Source of the DNA: a virus
Taxonomy: Duplodnaviria; Caudoviricetes
DNA: 62,833 nt
Strand: one strand, 5' to 3'
IMG/VR virus record: IMGVR_UViG_3300006752_000028
Span: 1 to 62,833 of that record
Under the pieces are notes generated by a model that saw only the letters and a program-made list of their open reading frames with translations, had not been told where the DNA came from and did no database searches. This document shows, piece by piece, positions 53,901 to 62,833 of the stretch (positions within the stretch are counted from its first letter, which is position 1; the number at the start of each line of letters is the position of its first letter). Position numbers and translations under genes: made by a program.

Positions 53901-56002
53901 GATATTTCTAGACCTGCTAGTGGTTCTGATACCCCTATACCAATCTTTCCGCCGTCTATTAAATACATTCTACCGCTACCTGAGTTAGTACCGAGAACTA
54001 ATGATCCTGTACTTGCAGAAGATATACCAAAATCACCATTTGTTAGACCGTTAATAGCCCAATCTCCTGAACCCATATAACCCAATGTTGTTGAATCTTC
54101 TTGAAATCTTATGGCTGGATGATCTCCGCTTCTTTTGATTTGTAGAATACCATTTACTTCAAGCTTCTCATTAGGGTCAGTTGTACCTATACCTATAAAC
54201 CCGTTTGGATTAATAACAAAATCTGCAGTTGCTCCAGAAGGTTCTGCTCCTGCGACACCTAGCACCATTGAGGCCATACCAGTATCGCTTCTAAGTATAG
54301 CAAATTTATTTGCCAAAAAGCCATTTGTCAAAGCAAATCTACGAGCACTACCGGTATAGTTAGTATTAGAGTTAAACTCTAAAAATCCATAAGATCCGTA
54401 AAAATTACCTGTTGATGAATCTTCTATTCCATGTCCTGAAATTAAAGTAATGTTAGGGTCTCCGGGGTAGTTGTTACCATTCCTTCCTAATTGAACACTT
54501 CCTTCTACACCTAACCTTTTAGAAGGGTTGTCGCTTCCAATACCAAGCTTACCTCCAATTGTAACATTTGCAACGTTATTAGGATTAGCTCCTAAATTTC
54601 CGTTAGTATTTTTAAATCTATACCAGGTATTTGCAACTCCTGATCCTGGTGTAGAGGTTTGTGTAAATATAAATTCAGGAGTACCTGAGTTGTACCCAGT
54701 GTAAGACATTTTAATAGAATCGTAAGCTGAATTATCTCCTAAATTGGATAAAAACATACCTGAGGATCCACCTGCTATATGAAGTTTTGCATTAGGGGAA
54801 GTCGTACCAATACCGAGGTTACCATCATTGTCAATAGTAACACGTGTTTGGGAATGCCTATAGTCTCGAATTCCAAAGTGCCCTTCTCCACCTTCTCGTA
54901 GAGTAAAGCCCCATCTATTTAGAGAAGGATTCAAGTTGGAAGCAGCAGTAAAAGCAATAGGAGAACTAGAGACTACTTGAATTGCTCCATCACTATAGCT
55001 ATTTACGTTCGATGAGGTTGCTACCTCAAGCTTAGCATTAGGAGTAGTTGTTCCGATACCAACAAATCTTGAGTTGGTATTGTAAATGTCTGTTCCATTT
55101 TCAGCCCAATAAGTACCACTTCCTCCGCCACTTGCGCCTCCTGGTATTTTAATTAACACCCATACAGCAGAACTAAAGTCTGATCCACCTTGCATATTGT
55201 TTGTTTCAGAAGGATACTCATCAAAAAACCCTTCAATACCATCATCATTACCGAAACCTGATGTAACATTTGTATCTTGTCCACAAAAAGTCCTTGTGGC
55301 ATGCACAGCAAATTTTGCATCACTATTTGTTTCCCAATTAAAAGCATTAACGGTTGCTGTAGTATATGCTGCTGGAGGGTTTAACACTGGGTTTGTTGTA
55401 TCAGACATTCTTATACTAACTAAGTCTGGATTTGTCCATCTACCAAAGCCATCGTAGGCGCCATTAACAGTCCATCCATATTTAACAGTATCAACTATTC
55501 CCATGGTTGTAGTATCGCCATTACTAAAGAAATGTTTCCATTTTCTACCTGCAGGAACTTTATAGACAAAATCAATAGTTCTTGTGTTTCTCCAATTGTT
55601 AAAATCAGTAGCACCCATTATCCTTACTTCATCCGGAAAACAATCACCAAAATCGGCAGAGAACTCTGTGGTTTCACTTTGAGATGTTCCTGTGCTTAAA
55701 CCACTAACAGAGCTCCAAACACTTTGAACAGTAGTCTTAGCATTAGCAGCAAATCTACCTACCTGAATCCATTCTCCATACTCATCAGTTATAACTCTAT
55801 ATGGTTTTAATCCTCCGTTTGGAGTATCTATTAATACTACCTTAGAGTCAAATATTGCACCTTTAATTTGATTAGGTCCATTTTTTTCTGCATCTTGAAA
55901 GTTTATACCTTTATCTGTAGATGTAAGTATTTGACCGGCAGCTCCTTTATTGCCGTCGTTGTCAATAATGTACTTAGTTGAATATGTTTTTCCTGTACCC
56001 AT
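50948..56002 (-). CDS. Tail fibre/spike protein with C-terminal intramolecular chaperone (peptidase S74)
   Basis: Many GNVGIGTT repeats; SSDKRFKDN...IGIIAQEIE..LPEIV...VNYQKIVALLIEGMKE. Confidence 0.9.
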   Translation of the reverse strand: MGTGKTYSTKYIIDNDGNKGAAGQILTSTDKGINFQDAEKNGPNQIKGAIFDSKVVLIDTPNGGLKPYRVITDEYGEWIQVGRFAANAKTTVQSVWSSVSGLSTGTSQSETTEFSADFGDCFPDEVRIMGATDFNNWRNTRTIDFVYKVPAGRKWKHFFSNGDTTTMGIVDTVKYGWTVNGAYDGFGRWTNPDLVSIRMSDTTNPVLNPPAAYTTATVNAFNWETNSDAKFAVHATRTFCGQDTNVTSGFGNDDGIEGFFDEYPSETNNMQGGSDFSSAVWVLIKIPGGASGGGSGTYWAENGTDIYNTNSRFVGIGTTTPNAKLEVATSSNVNSYSDGAIQVVSSSPIAFTAASNLNPSLNRWGFTLREGGEGHFGIRDYRHSQTRVTIDNDGNLGIGTTSPNAKLHIAGGSSGMFLSNLGDNSAYDSIKMSYTGYNSGTPEFIFTQTSTPGSGVANTWYRFKNTNGNLGANPNNVANVTIGGKLGIGSDNPSKRLGVEGSVQLGRNGNNYPGDPNITLISGHGIEDSSTGNFYGSYGFLEFNSNTNYTGSARRFALTNGFLANKFAILRSDTGMASMVLGVAGAEPSGATADFVINPNGFIGIGTTDPNEKLEVNGILQIKRSGDHPAIRFQEDSTTLGYMGSGDWAINGLTNGDFGISSASTGSLVLGTNSGSGRMYLIDGGKIGIGVSEPLAGLEISNEASSVYQQWSYDHPGANNYNLQLSETVTSGNVRYVFDQKNAGTVYSDVLVFNQGEIGIGTDEPDGKLNISKGTASGISDLLVLTNHQYADADNSGSSIRFQGYNLFNPGSSNPRYSEIIGVNGGNSVPKRIDFKFHADTDIKTPLSILQSGKVGIGTTSPANLVELRSDSGGTILRLRNRDGALTDAGDVQNSIVMNGRYWSGANTDFVETRINSVHQLANGNGGSALTFMTQTGGSAPTEKVRIDRDGKVGIGTTDPSFQLSIENHDTDTSTATLELDGKRTNGTDGPVGEMIFSNNGDTFATVAGYRDNADNKGSLQFQTQDSSFATRMTISSEGNVGIGVTNPADGLLQVSQNSSQWMGYFYNTSTSGIGAHIETNSSGTQQVLRVSSIFGGSNNAGFRVLANGNAYFGRNSSAPSQELSTSATPTNFGKYTSEIRLIKTPNGGLQKCRVITDNYGEWVLVGRFASNAMNEIQGTWSSVSGLSTSTSQSETTQFSADFGNSYPTEVRIMGATDFTKWRDTRTIDFIYGVPAGRLWKHFFSGGADSGMASVGPNHSGNNKFGWNINGSYDGFGRWINPSQTSVGMSDGNVTNPSSAYTTATANAFNWEGAADAKITVSATRTYSGQDSFEHAGFGNDDGINGFFDEYPTETNNMQGGQDFSSAVWVLIKLPKSDSGGGSQGPYLPLSAGSTYSLSGELFINAGAGISVEGTSNDLYFLQGKRTGNSGPTFSVYDNASTAYLNSYASMAFRANQHGGSGGNFTFTGGNVGIGTSSPGTGLYISGDSANWNTTQPGTAVGTIHLDPGVATDHFGNAITFGASDTANGSNAQAGIYVRSDGSYGTKMYFATTDSYAVGSKTSMWLDHSGNLRVKGDVIAFYSSDKRFKDNLVKINNPLVKINKLSGYYFNWNDKQDTYEKGSKDIGIIAQEIEGVLPEIVQTRENGYKAVNYQKIVALLIEGMKEQQETIDKLEDRIKKLENK

Positions 56003-56005
56003 TTT

Positions 56006-59000
56006 TTAATATGTATTTCTTACTATGTTAACCCATTCGTATGTGGATGCGCCTGTTTGCATACACATATCTGCGTAGCTTGCGTCTTCTTCTGTTACTT
56101 CTATTACTGATACGTTGTCTATAGATAAAGTAACAGCACTTACATCACCTGCAAGATATAAAAGTGAATTCGAACTTGCGTTTGTAACCTCTATAATATC
56201 AGTGTAAGTTCCATTTGCAGTTCTAGTAGTGCCTGCTGTATATCCTCCTAAAATTATTCGGAATATGCCTGATATGTAATTAGATATTGTATAAGTTACT
56301 TTATATGTTTTATTTACTGAAATTGAAATTGTTTGAGTTAAATCACCTCCAGCTGAGGCTCCGTTGCCTTTTCCCCCACTAATAGTCCAACCAGTTCCTT
56401 TAGTCCAATCGCTATCAGTATCAAAACCACCATTAGTAACTAACTCTTCTCCATCAACCTCTACATATTCTGTATCAGTTCTATATCGCATTGTACCTAC
56501 TTTATCTGCTGAAGCTGTGGCTGTATCATTAGCCATTTGTATACCACCAGTAACTTGTAGTTTTGAGACAGGACTAGTAGTACCTATACCTACGTTACCT
56601 GCATTTCCAGTTGCGTTACTTCCACCTCTAATTGTCATAGCAGTTTCACCTCCTGGTTGGAAATATATTCTATTTAAATCATTTGGTGAATCGTAATTAG
56701 TTGTGATATATAATTGATTATCACCATTTTGAGTATATTTAATACTAGCGTTTTGAGTAGCGCCGCTATTATGTTCAAATAGTATTTCAGCGCCACCACC
56801 GGGAGTTTGTTTTTTAACTAGTATATGCGGTTCTGAATTTGAAGTACTATTAACTTCTAGTTTACTACTAGGACTAGTCGTCCCGATACCTACGTTTCCA
56901 CCGCTAGGATTTAATAATAAATTTCTTAAAGTTCCACCTTCTGCAGATTGAATCCAACTATAGCTATTTTCTACAACTCCTAAAAGTAATTTAGATCCTC
57001 CAGTCGTATTAGTCACAGAAATTATTTCATTTCCATCCGCAGGTGTAGCGCTAGTGCCCTTAACCTCTAGTTTTGCTTGAGGGTCAGTAACCCCAATTCC
57101 TACGTTGCCTAACTGTGTGAGTATCATGGTTGTTTCATCAACAGATGTTGAATTTCTAGTGCTTCTTAAAAAAGCTAAATCAGAACCAAAAGGCTCGTTT
57201 GCGGCAGTTGCGGGAGCTGTTACCATAGCTATATCCCACTTGTATATATCTAAGTTGTTAACTCCTGTTTGACTAGTCTTAAAAGTTAAAGCGGATCTTT
57301 TAGTACCTACAGCTTGAGTGTTAACTGCGTTCCAACCTAATGTTATATCGTAGTTGCTACCGTCATCTAATCCACCAACTTGTAAAGCTGTACCAGGATT
57401 AGTAGTTCCTATTCCTACTTTTCCAGAAGTATCTATTACAAACCTATCATTTGTACCAACTCTACTGTAGTCAGATATTTTAAATTTATTACTATCGCTT
57501 CTGTCTGTTCCTATGCTCCAGTCATTTCCGTCTGTATTAAATATAACGTAACAGTCATCAGTTGTATTATCACCTATTCTAATAGATGTAGGATTTGCGG
57601 GATTATCTATTTGAAGCCTATCTGTATTGCCAGATGGGTCAACACCTATACCAACGTTTCCAGAACCATTAATAGTTTGTCTAACAACGCCATTCGTAGC
57701 AAATTCTAAATTATAATTACCTTGAACTGCTAAAATACCAGCATAAGCAGTATTGCCGGTTGCAAAAGAATCTACTGTAGCACCGTTTCGTGATAAATAA
57801 AAACTTTGACCATTATTTTGTAAATCTAAAGAAAGATATCCAGTACTACCCAGCATTCTAATTCTACCGTTGTTATTATGTATATCTATATCGTATGTAG
57901 GAGCAGTTGTCGTTCCAATACCTATTTTGCCTAAAAAATTGGCATCTCCTGCACCTGAGATTGTAAGTCTTTTAGAAGGGTTTCCTGATGTTCCGGTATA
58001 AAACTCCATATCATCACCGTTCCATCCATCAAAATATATACCACTACTTGGTAATGCAGAATTGTCATAAACAACATTACCAGAATTATTTACTCTTGAA
58101 TTTGCTCCTATATATAATCCCGCTCCACTTTGATCTACTGTAGATAAACCTGAACTAGCAGATGCACCGGTAAATGCTATTTTAAAATTATTAGATTCTT
58201 CTCCTGGAAGTACTATATTACCTGAAAAGATTGAATTACCGGAACTATTTATTTTAAATTTTTCTGAGCCGTTTATTAAAAATCTATGATAACCACCTGT
58301 GTTATACCCCATATAACCGTAAGTACCACCACCAAAAATCTTATAATTAGCATCAGCAGTCCCAAAAAATAAGTTACCTTCATTTGATGCAGCTTTTAAG
58401 TATACATTACCTGCAAAAGTTGCGTTACCACTTTCTTCAATTTTAAAAAGTTCAGTACCGCTACCAGAAGAACTATCTTTATACCAAGCAAAATATCTAT
58501 TAGTATCATCATTGTCTGTGTCAATATTAAATGTCATTAACTCTTTAGCATTAATATGACCAGATGCTGTATCTGCTTTACCTATCTCTAAAGTTCCACC
58601 TTCAATAATTACAGCACCTGCAAACGTTGCGTTACCAGAGGTGCTTAACGTTCCTATATTTGATAAATCATATACTGCTTCATTACCACTAGTGTTTCTT
58701 GTAGCAAGACTTAAAAACCCATCAGCAGCTTTGTTCATTACTTCAACACTAGACCTTAAGTACAACAAACCAAAAGCTTGAACATAGCCAGAGCTAACAA
58801 AGTTGCCACCAATATTTAAATTATTAGTTAAATCCCAAGTGTCATCTGCATCATCAAATATTAAACTTGCTTGTGTAACACCATCACCTCTATAAACAGA
58901 GATACCAGATGTAGCTGCTGTCGCAGTATCTGGTGTTCCTTGTGTGGTATTAAGCTGTAGTATATTATCTTCAACTTCTACGGTTGTAGTGTTTAATGTA

Positions 59001-62000
59001 GTGGTTGTACCATTAACAATTAGGTTACCCCCAACTGTTACATCACCTGAAAAAGTTGTGTTACCTGCACCATCTACTTGAATGTCCCATCTACTATCGG
59101 TATCATTATATAAACCAAAATAATTCGCAGTATTGCTAAACATGAAGTCATCTCCACCGCCATTGAAAACTAATCTTGGAATATTATCTGCTGCATTTAA
59201 TGTTAAATAACCACCTGTAGAAACTGCTCCAGCAAAAGTAGCGTTTTTATTAGGACTTAAAGTTAAAGTTAAATTTTCATTAGTTGTTCCATTTGCATCA
59301 GATGTATAAAACCTCATTTCTTGGTTATAACCGCCTGTATTTGCTGTTCTTATACTACCCAACCAATCTCCGTCATTAGATGATACACCCCTAACTAATA
59401 CAGACTCTGCGTTAGTTGTATTTGTGCCTTGTATATATAAAGTATCTGTAAGTTTTTTAGTCGACCCAGCTGTTAGTGGCAAATAACTTCCTAATGTACT
59501 AGGAGCAACTGCTCCAATATCGGATAATATTTCTGCTCCTGTTCTATATTTAATTATACCTGAGTCTGATACTAAAAACTTATCAGTGTCAGATGTTGCG
59601 TTTGTTATAGTATTTAATGTAAGTCCTGTTGATTGTAATGTAGCGGCTAAAGATGCTTGCAAGGCGCCTGCATAGAACTTAATTGAAGATCTACCATAAA
59701 TACTTAGTCTGTCTTGATCACTAAAGCTATTCCAATTGCCTTCAGTTATACCAAGTGGTGCTGCTGTAGTAGTATCCCCAAAGTGTATTTCACCACCTTG
59801 AGCCATTCTAATTCTTTTTATAGCACCTGTAGTATATGTACCTAATTCAGTTGTGTTATTAGAAGCTCCAATTAAGTTGCCTCCAATTGATACATTTCCT
59901 GCAAAAGTTGCGTTTCCATTATGAGCAATAGATAATTTTGTGCTAAAAACTGTATTAGCATCGTTTACAGTTCTAATATCAAACGATTCATACCCTGTTG
60001 CACCAATCGCTCTAATGTCCCATTTCTTTTTATCGGTGGTACTACCTGACCCATTGTCATGTAATCTTATAAAAGGATCATCATTTTCTAAATTAATACT
60101 TCCTTTGCCTGCTACTCCTTGTGCTGTAAAGTATACTGCTCCTGAAAAGGTTGAATCTGCACCTCCAGATTGCGTAAATGCAGCATCTACATATGTGCTT
60201 CCGTTTAAATAAGTTGTGCCGTTGTTATAAAAGTCATATGAACCATGAACAGCACTACTCTTTACGGCAAATTTGCCAGTAGCATTACCCGACGCCATTG
60301 CAACATTTCCTGTAATAACTGTATTTCCGCTATTTCCGCTTATAGTTAATCTTGCAGTTTCGTTTGTACCTAATACTAAATCTCTAATGGAGCTATCATG
60401 GTAAATATACATAGCAGTTGCATCTAAAGCAACAGCACCGGTATACCCAGAGCCTTTTACTTTTAATTGACCTGGTGCGCCAATTGCCATAGTTGTATTT
60501 GAAGAATCTCCTAAAACTACATTACCTGCAAAAGTTGAGTTTTGGGAAGCGTCTAATTCAAGTGCCTCTGTTCCAACTGTAAAAAATTTCATTGTTGAGC
60601 CAAGTGATTCAGCTCTTAATTCTACATTATCTCTATCTGAAGCATTTAATAATAGCTTAGCTCTTACTGTGCCAGCATCTGTTAAATATATATTATCTTC
60701 TGCTGCGACAGAGCCTGCAAAAGTTGCATTACCAGATTGATCTATTAAAAGTTTTTGTGCAAAACCTGTTGTGTATAAACGAAAACCATCTGCTGATCCT
60801 CCTATGTACATACCTCCAGCATTTCCACCTGTTCTAAATAATCCTATCTGAGCACTAGAATTTGTTAAGGTAATTCTAGGGTAGTTATTAGTATCGTTTG
60901 TTATAAAAGTACCAGTGTTCCCTGTAGCAATGGAATTTGTGTTTCCATTTACTGTTATATTACCTGCAAAAGTTGCGTTATTCCCACTAATTGCTATTGG
61001 AGCATCTGTTAGTGAATTAGCAGCTGACCACATTACTACATCATTAGTTGTTCCAGATCCATTTACTCCTCCAGCGGTAGCTATTGATGCTAATGAACTA
61101 GATACTGATCCCCAACCATCTATTGTAATATCGTCACTATCTATATCTCCTGATACTTGTAATTTAGATCCAGGATTAGAAGTACCGATCCCAACGTTAC
61201 CAGCTGAATTAATACGCATTCTTTCTGAAGCTGCAATTGATGTATCAGTCCCGTCTGTATTGTTAGTTTTAAAAACTATATCTCCCCTATACCAAGTTGA
61301 TGAATTTGTTACAAAATCAATAGATTGCATAACTGATAAGTTATTGCTATACCCTCTGGCTTGGCCTATAATTCTTGATAATGTTAAGCCTGCAACACCA
61401 TCTGCATTAGTATTTGTTAGTACTATATTTTGCTGACCACCATATAAGTGCAAGTCCCCAACAGGGCTAGTGGTTCCAATCCCGATGTCGCCGTTTGAGG
61501 TTATACGTAGTCTTTCTGAACCACCTGTAGAAAATCCTAATGTGTCTGATGATGCTCTAAATATTCCAGTATTATCATCTCCGTTGAATATTAAACTTGG
61601 AGAAGATGCTGTTCCTACAGAGTCTATGGATACAAAGGAAGTACCGGCTCTTAAGACTGTTCCAACTCCACCTGATTGTACTTCTAAAGGGTATATAGGG
61701 TTGGATGTACCTATACCTACGTTACCGTTACTCTTAATACGCATCCTTTCAGTACTACCTACATTCCATCTAATATCTCCAGCTAGTGTTTCATTAATTT
61801 GCCCTGAGCTATCCCAATAGTGTTGAACTTTGTTAGTCCCGTTAGCTTTAAGAAAAATACCCCCGGTTAAATCATTTCTGGTAGAATTTATACTAAGTGA
61901 TGTGGTATTTGCTGATAAAGTAGAGGGTCCTGTTGTTCCTATTCCTACATTTCCAGCATTAGAAATTGTTAATGCAAGATTACCGTCTGTTAAGTTTTGC

Positions 62001-62833
62001 CAGTATGTATTACTATTATCCGAATGAAAGCCCCATTTTTTGGCAGAAACTCCAGTTCGTTGATACGCTATAGATACAGTAGATGTACCATTGACCTCTA
62101 ATGGGTAATTTGGAGTATCTATACCAACACCTACATTACCAGATGACATATCCATAACAAGTACACTGTCTGTGGCATCTGTTCCATAGCTTCTAAACTT
62201 TATATCTCTAGCTGCGGATGCTGTTGCTCTTTGAGTAGAGGATAGTATTAGAAAGTTGTTAGTACTATCATCAGTGATTTGAAATGCGTGTTCACTATCT
62301 GTTCCTATTCTGGTATTACCTACAACATCGAGATGAGTGCTAGGGTTTATCGTTCCAATACCGACGTTACCGCTAGGTTTTACTACAAATCTTTTATTAG
62401 CAAATCCGTTAGTAGAGATAAACACATCATCTGCGCCTTCTGTTACTAATCCAAGGTATCCACTTTCAGCTCTTATACCTAAAGAAGTACTGTAGGTTAA
62501 ACCGTAATTTTTAAAATCAAATGTTCCGACACCTGTGTTTATGTTTAATTTATCTGTAGGAATAGTCGTCCCGATACCGACGTTACCGCTAGAAGTAATT
62601 CGCATTCTTTCAGACCCTGCTGTAGTGGTATTATTTGCTGCAGTAAAAAACCTTAATAAAGTAGCGGCGTTTTCAACGGTTGATCCTCCTCCGATGTGTA
62701 ACGTAGTGTCAGTAGAAAAGCTATTCATAAACATAAACGTAGCGGGTTGCTCCGTTATATCATAATGCTCACCTCTAATTCTATTTGTTTTATTAGTATT
62801 AGCCGTTTTATTATCACTTATTCTTAAATATCC
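56006..62833 (-). CDS. Very large tail fibre protein (5'-truncated by window edge)
   Basis: Frame is open from 62833; GNVGIGT and GNATFAG repeats; CBM-like insert near C-terminus. Confidence 0.88.
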   Translation of the reverse strand, partial: GYLRISDNKTANTNKTNRIRGEHYDITEQPATFMFMNSFSTDTTLHIGGGSTVENAATLLRFFTAANNTTTAGSERMRITSSGNVGIGTTIPTDKLNINTGVGTFDFKNYGLTYSTSLGIRAESGYLGLVTEGADDVFISTNGFANKRFVVKPSGNVGIGTINPSTHLDVVGNTRIGTDSEHAFQITDDSTNNFLILSSTQRATASAARDIKFRSYGTDATDSVLVMDMSSGNVGVGIDTPNYPLEVNGTSTVSIAYQRTGVSAKKWGFHSDNSNTYWQNLTDGNLALTISNAGNVGIGTTGPSTLSANTTSLSINSTRNDLTGGIFLKANGTNKVQHYWDSSGQINETLAGDIRWNVGSTERMRIKSNGNVGIGTSNPIYPLEVQSGGVGTVLRAGTSFVSIDSVGTASSPSLIFNGDDNTGIFRASSDTLGFSTGGSERLRITSNGDIGIGTTSPVGDLHLYGGQQNIVLTNTNADGVAGLTLSRIIGQARGYSNNLSVMQSIDFVTNSSTWYRGDIVFKTNNTDGTDTSIAASERMRINSAGNVGIGTSNPGSKLQVSGDIDSDDITIDGWGSVSSSLASIATAGGVNGSGTTNDVVMWSAANSLTDAPIAISGNNATFAGNITVNGNTNSIATGNTGTFITNDTNNYPRITLTNSSAQIGLFRTGGNAGGMYIGGSADGFRLYTTGFAQKLLIDQSGNATFAGSVAAEDNIYLTDAGTVRAKLLLNASDRDNVELRAESLGSTMKFFTVGTEALELDASQNSTFAGNVVLGDSSNTTMAIGAPGQLKVKGSGYTGAVALDATAMYIYHDSSIRDLVLGTNETARLTISGNSGNTVITGNVAMASGNATGKFAVKSSAVHGSYDFYNNGTTYLNGSTYVDAAFTQSGGADSTFSGAVYFTAQGVAGKGSINLENDDPFIRLHDNGSGSTTDKKKWDIRAIGATGYESFDIRTVNDANTVFSTKLSIAHNGNATFAGNVSIGGNLIGASNNTTELGTYTTGAIKRIRMAQGGEIHFGDTTTAAPLGITEGNWNSFSDQDRLSIYGRSSIKFYAGALQASLAATLQSTGLTLNTITNATSDTDKFLVSDSGIIKYRTGAEILSDIGAVAPSTLGSYLPLTAGSTKKLTDTLYIQGTNTTNAESVLVRGVSSNDGDWLGSIRTANTGGYNQEMRFYTSDANGTTNENLTLTLSPNKNATFAGAVSTGGYLTLNAADNIPRLVFNGGGDDFMFSNTANYFGLYNDTDSRWDIQVDGAGNTTFSGDVTVGGNLIVNGTTTTLNTTTVEVEDNILQLNTTQGTPDTATAATSGISVYRGDGVTQASLIFDDADDTWDLTNNLNIGGNFVSSGYVQAFGLLYLRSSVEVMNKAADGFLSLATRNTSGNEAVYDLSNIGTLSTSGNATFAGAVIIEGGTLEIGKADTASGHINAKELMTFNIDTDNDDTNRYFAWYKDSSSGSGTELFKIEESGNATFAGNVYLKAASNEGNLFFGTADANYKIFGGGTYGYMGYNTGGYHRFLINGSEKFKINSSGNSIFSGNIVLPGEESNNFKIAFTGASASSGLSTVDQSGAGLYIGANSRVNNSGNVVYDNSALPSSGIYFDGWNGDDMEFYTGTSGNPSKRLTISGAGDANFLGKIGIGTTTAPTYDIDIHNNNGRIRMLGSTGYLSLDLQNNGQSFYLSRNGATVDSFATGNTAYAGILAVQGNYNLEFATNGVVRQTINGSGNVGIGVDPSGNTDRLQIDNPANPTSIRIGDNTTDDCYVIFNTDGNDWSIGTDRSDSNKFKISDYSRVGTNDRFVIDTSGKVGIGTTNPGTALQVGGLDDGSNYDITLGWNAVNTQAVGTKRSALTFKTSQTGVNNLDIYKWDIAMVTAPATAANEPFGSDLAFLRSTRNSTSVDETTMILTQLGNVGIGVTDPQAKLEVKGTSATPADGNEIISVTNTTGGSKLLLGVVENSYSWIQSAEGGTLRNLLLNPSGGNVGIGTTSPSSKLEVNSTSNSEPHILVKKQTPGGGAEILFEHNSGATQNASIKYTQNGDNQLYITTNYDSPNDLNRIYFQPGGETAMTIRGGSNATGNAGNVGIGTTSPVSKLQVTGGIQMANDTATASADKVGTMRYRTDTEYVEVDGEELVTNGGFDTDSDWTKGTGWTISGGKGNGASAGGDLTQTISISVNKTYKVTYTISNYISGIFRIILGGYTAGTTRTANGTYTDIIEVTNASSNSLLYLAGDVSAVTLSIDNVSVIEVTEEDASYADMCMQTGASTYEWVNIVRNTY

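Noticed and set aside
336-62765. All plus-strand ORFs in the track (e.g. 336-632, 2146-2541, 28539-28985, 40883-41419, 60915-61436)
   Set aside because: Antisense shadows of well-supported minus-strand genes; no recognisable motifs or start contexts
50948-62833. Diversity-generating retroelement or invertible shufflon in fibre genes
   Set aside because: No reverse transcriptase or invertase in the window; duplicated domains differ at all base types, not only adenines
1-62833. Stop-codon reassignment
   Set aside because: Standard-code ORFs tile the window densely with intact full-length enzymes

Overview
Fragment of a large, AT-rich, contractile-tailed (myovirus-type) phage genome, almost certainly infecting Bacteroidota/Flavobacteriia. 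The host call rests on TTG-N20-TATATT promoters, absence of Shine-Dalgarno motifs, and DUF4494-like, Hc1-like and T9SS-CTD-like proteins. All credible genes lie on the minus strand. In transcription order (right to left): two giant tail-fibre genes; a GT/radical-SAM/2OG-oxygenase cluster; tail sheath, tube, chaperone, tape measure and baseplate; a replication module (second PolA-like gene, SSB, RecA, 5'-3' exonuclease, DnaB, nrdB/nrdA, thioredoxin); a complete 7-deazaguanine DNA-modification locus (queC, queD, queE, folE, queF, DpdA-like, PurN/DpdN-like formyltransferase, PRTase, kinase, MazG-like); PolA; hsp20-groES-groEL; and a cluster of secreted/outer-membrane proteins (CsgG-like, cohesin/dockerin-like, beta-barrel-like). 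Best unannotated signals: (1) two preQ1-I-type riboswitch-like pseudoknots in the 5' UTRs of folE and of the queD operon, suggesting the phage feedback-controls its own base-modification pathway; (2) a probable +1/-2 programmed frameshift in the tail-chaperone gene; (3) an orphan promoter-to-terminator small RNA; (4) an inverted repeat enclosing hsp20; (5) a circularly permuted DUF2272/CHAP-like domain on the hub protein; (6) the phage-encoded outer-membrane/surface module. All family calls come from motif recognition by eye; no searches were run.
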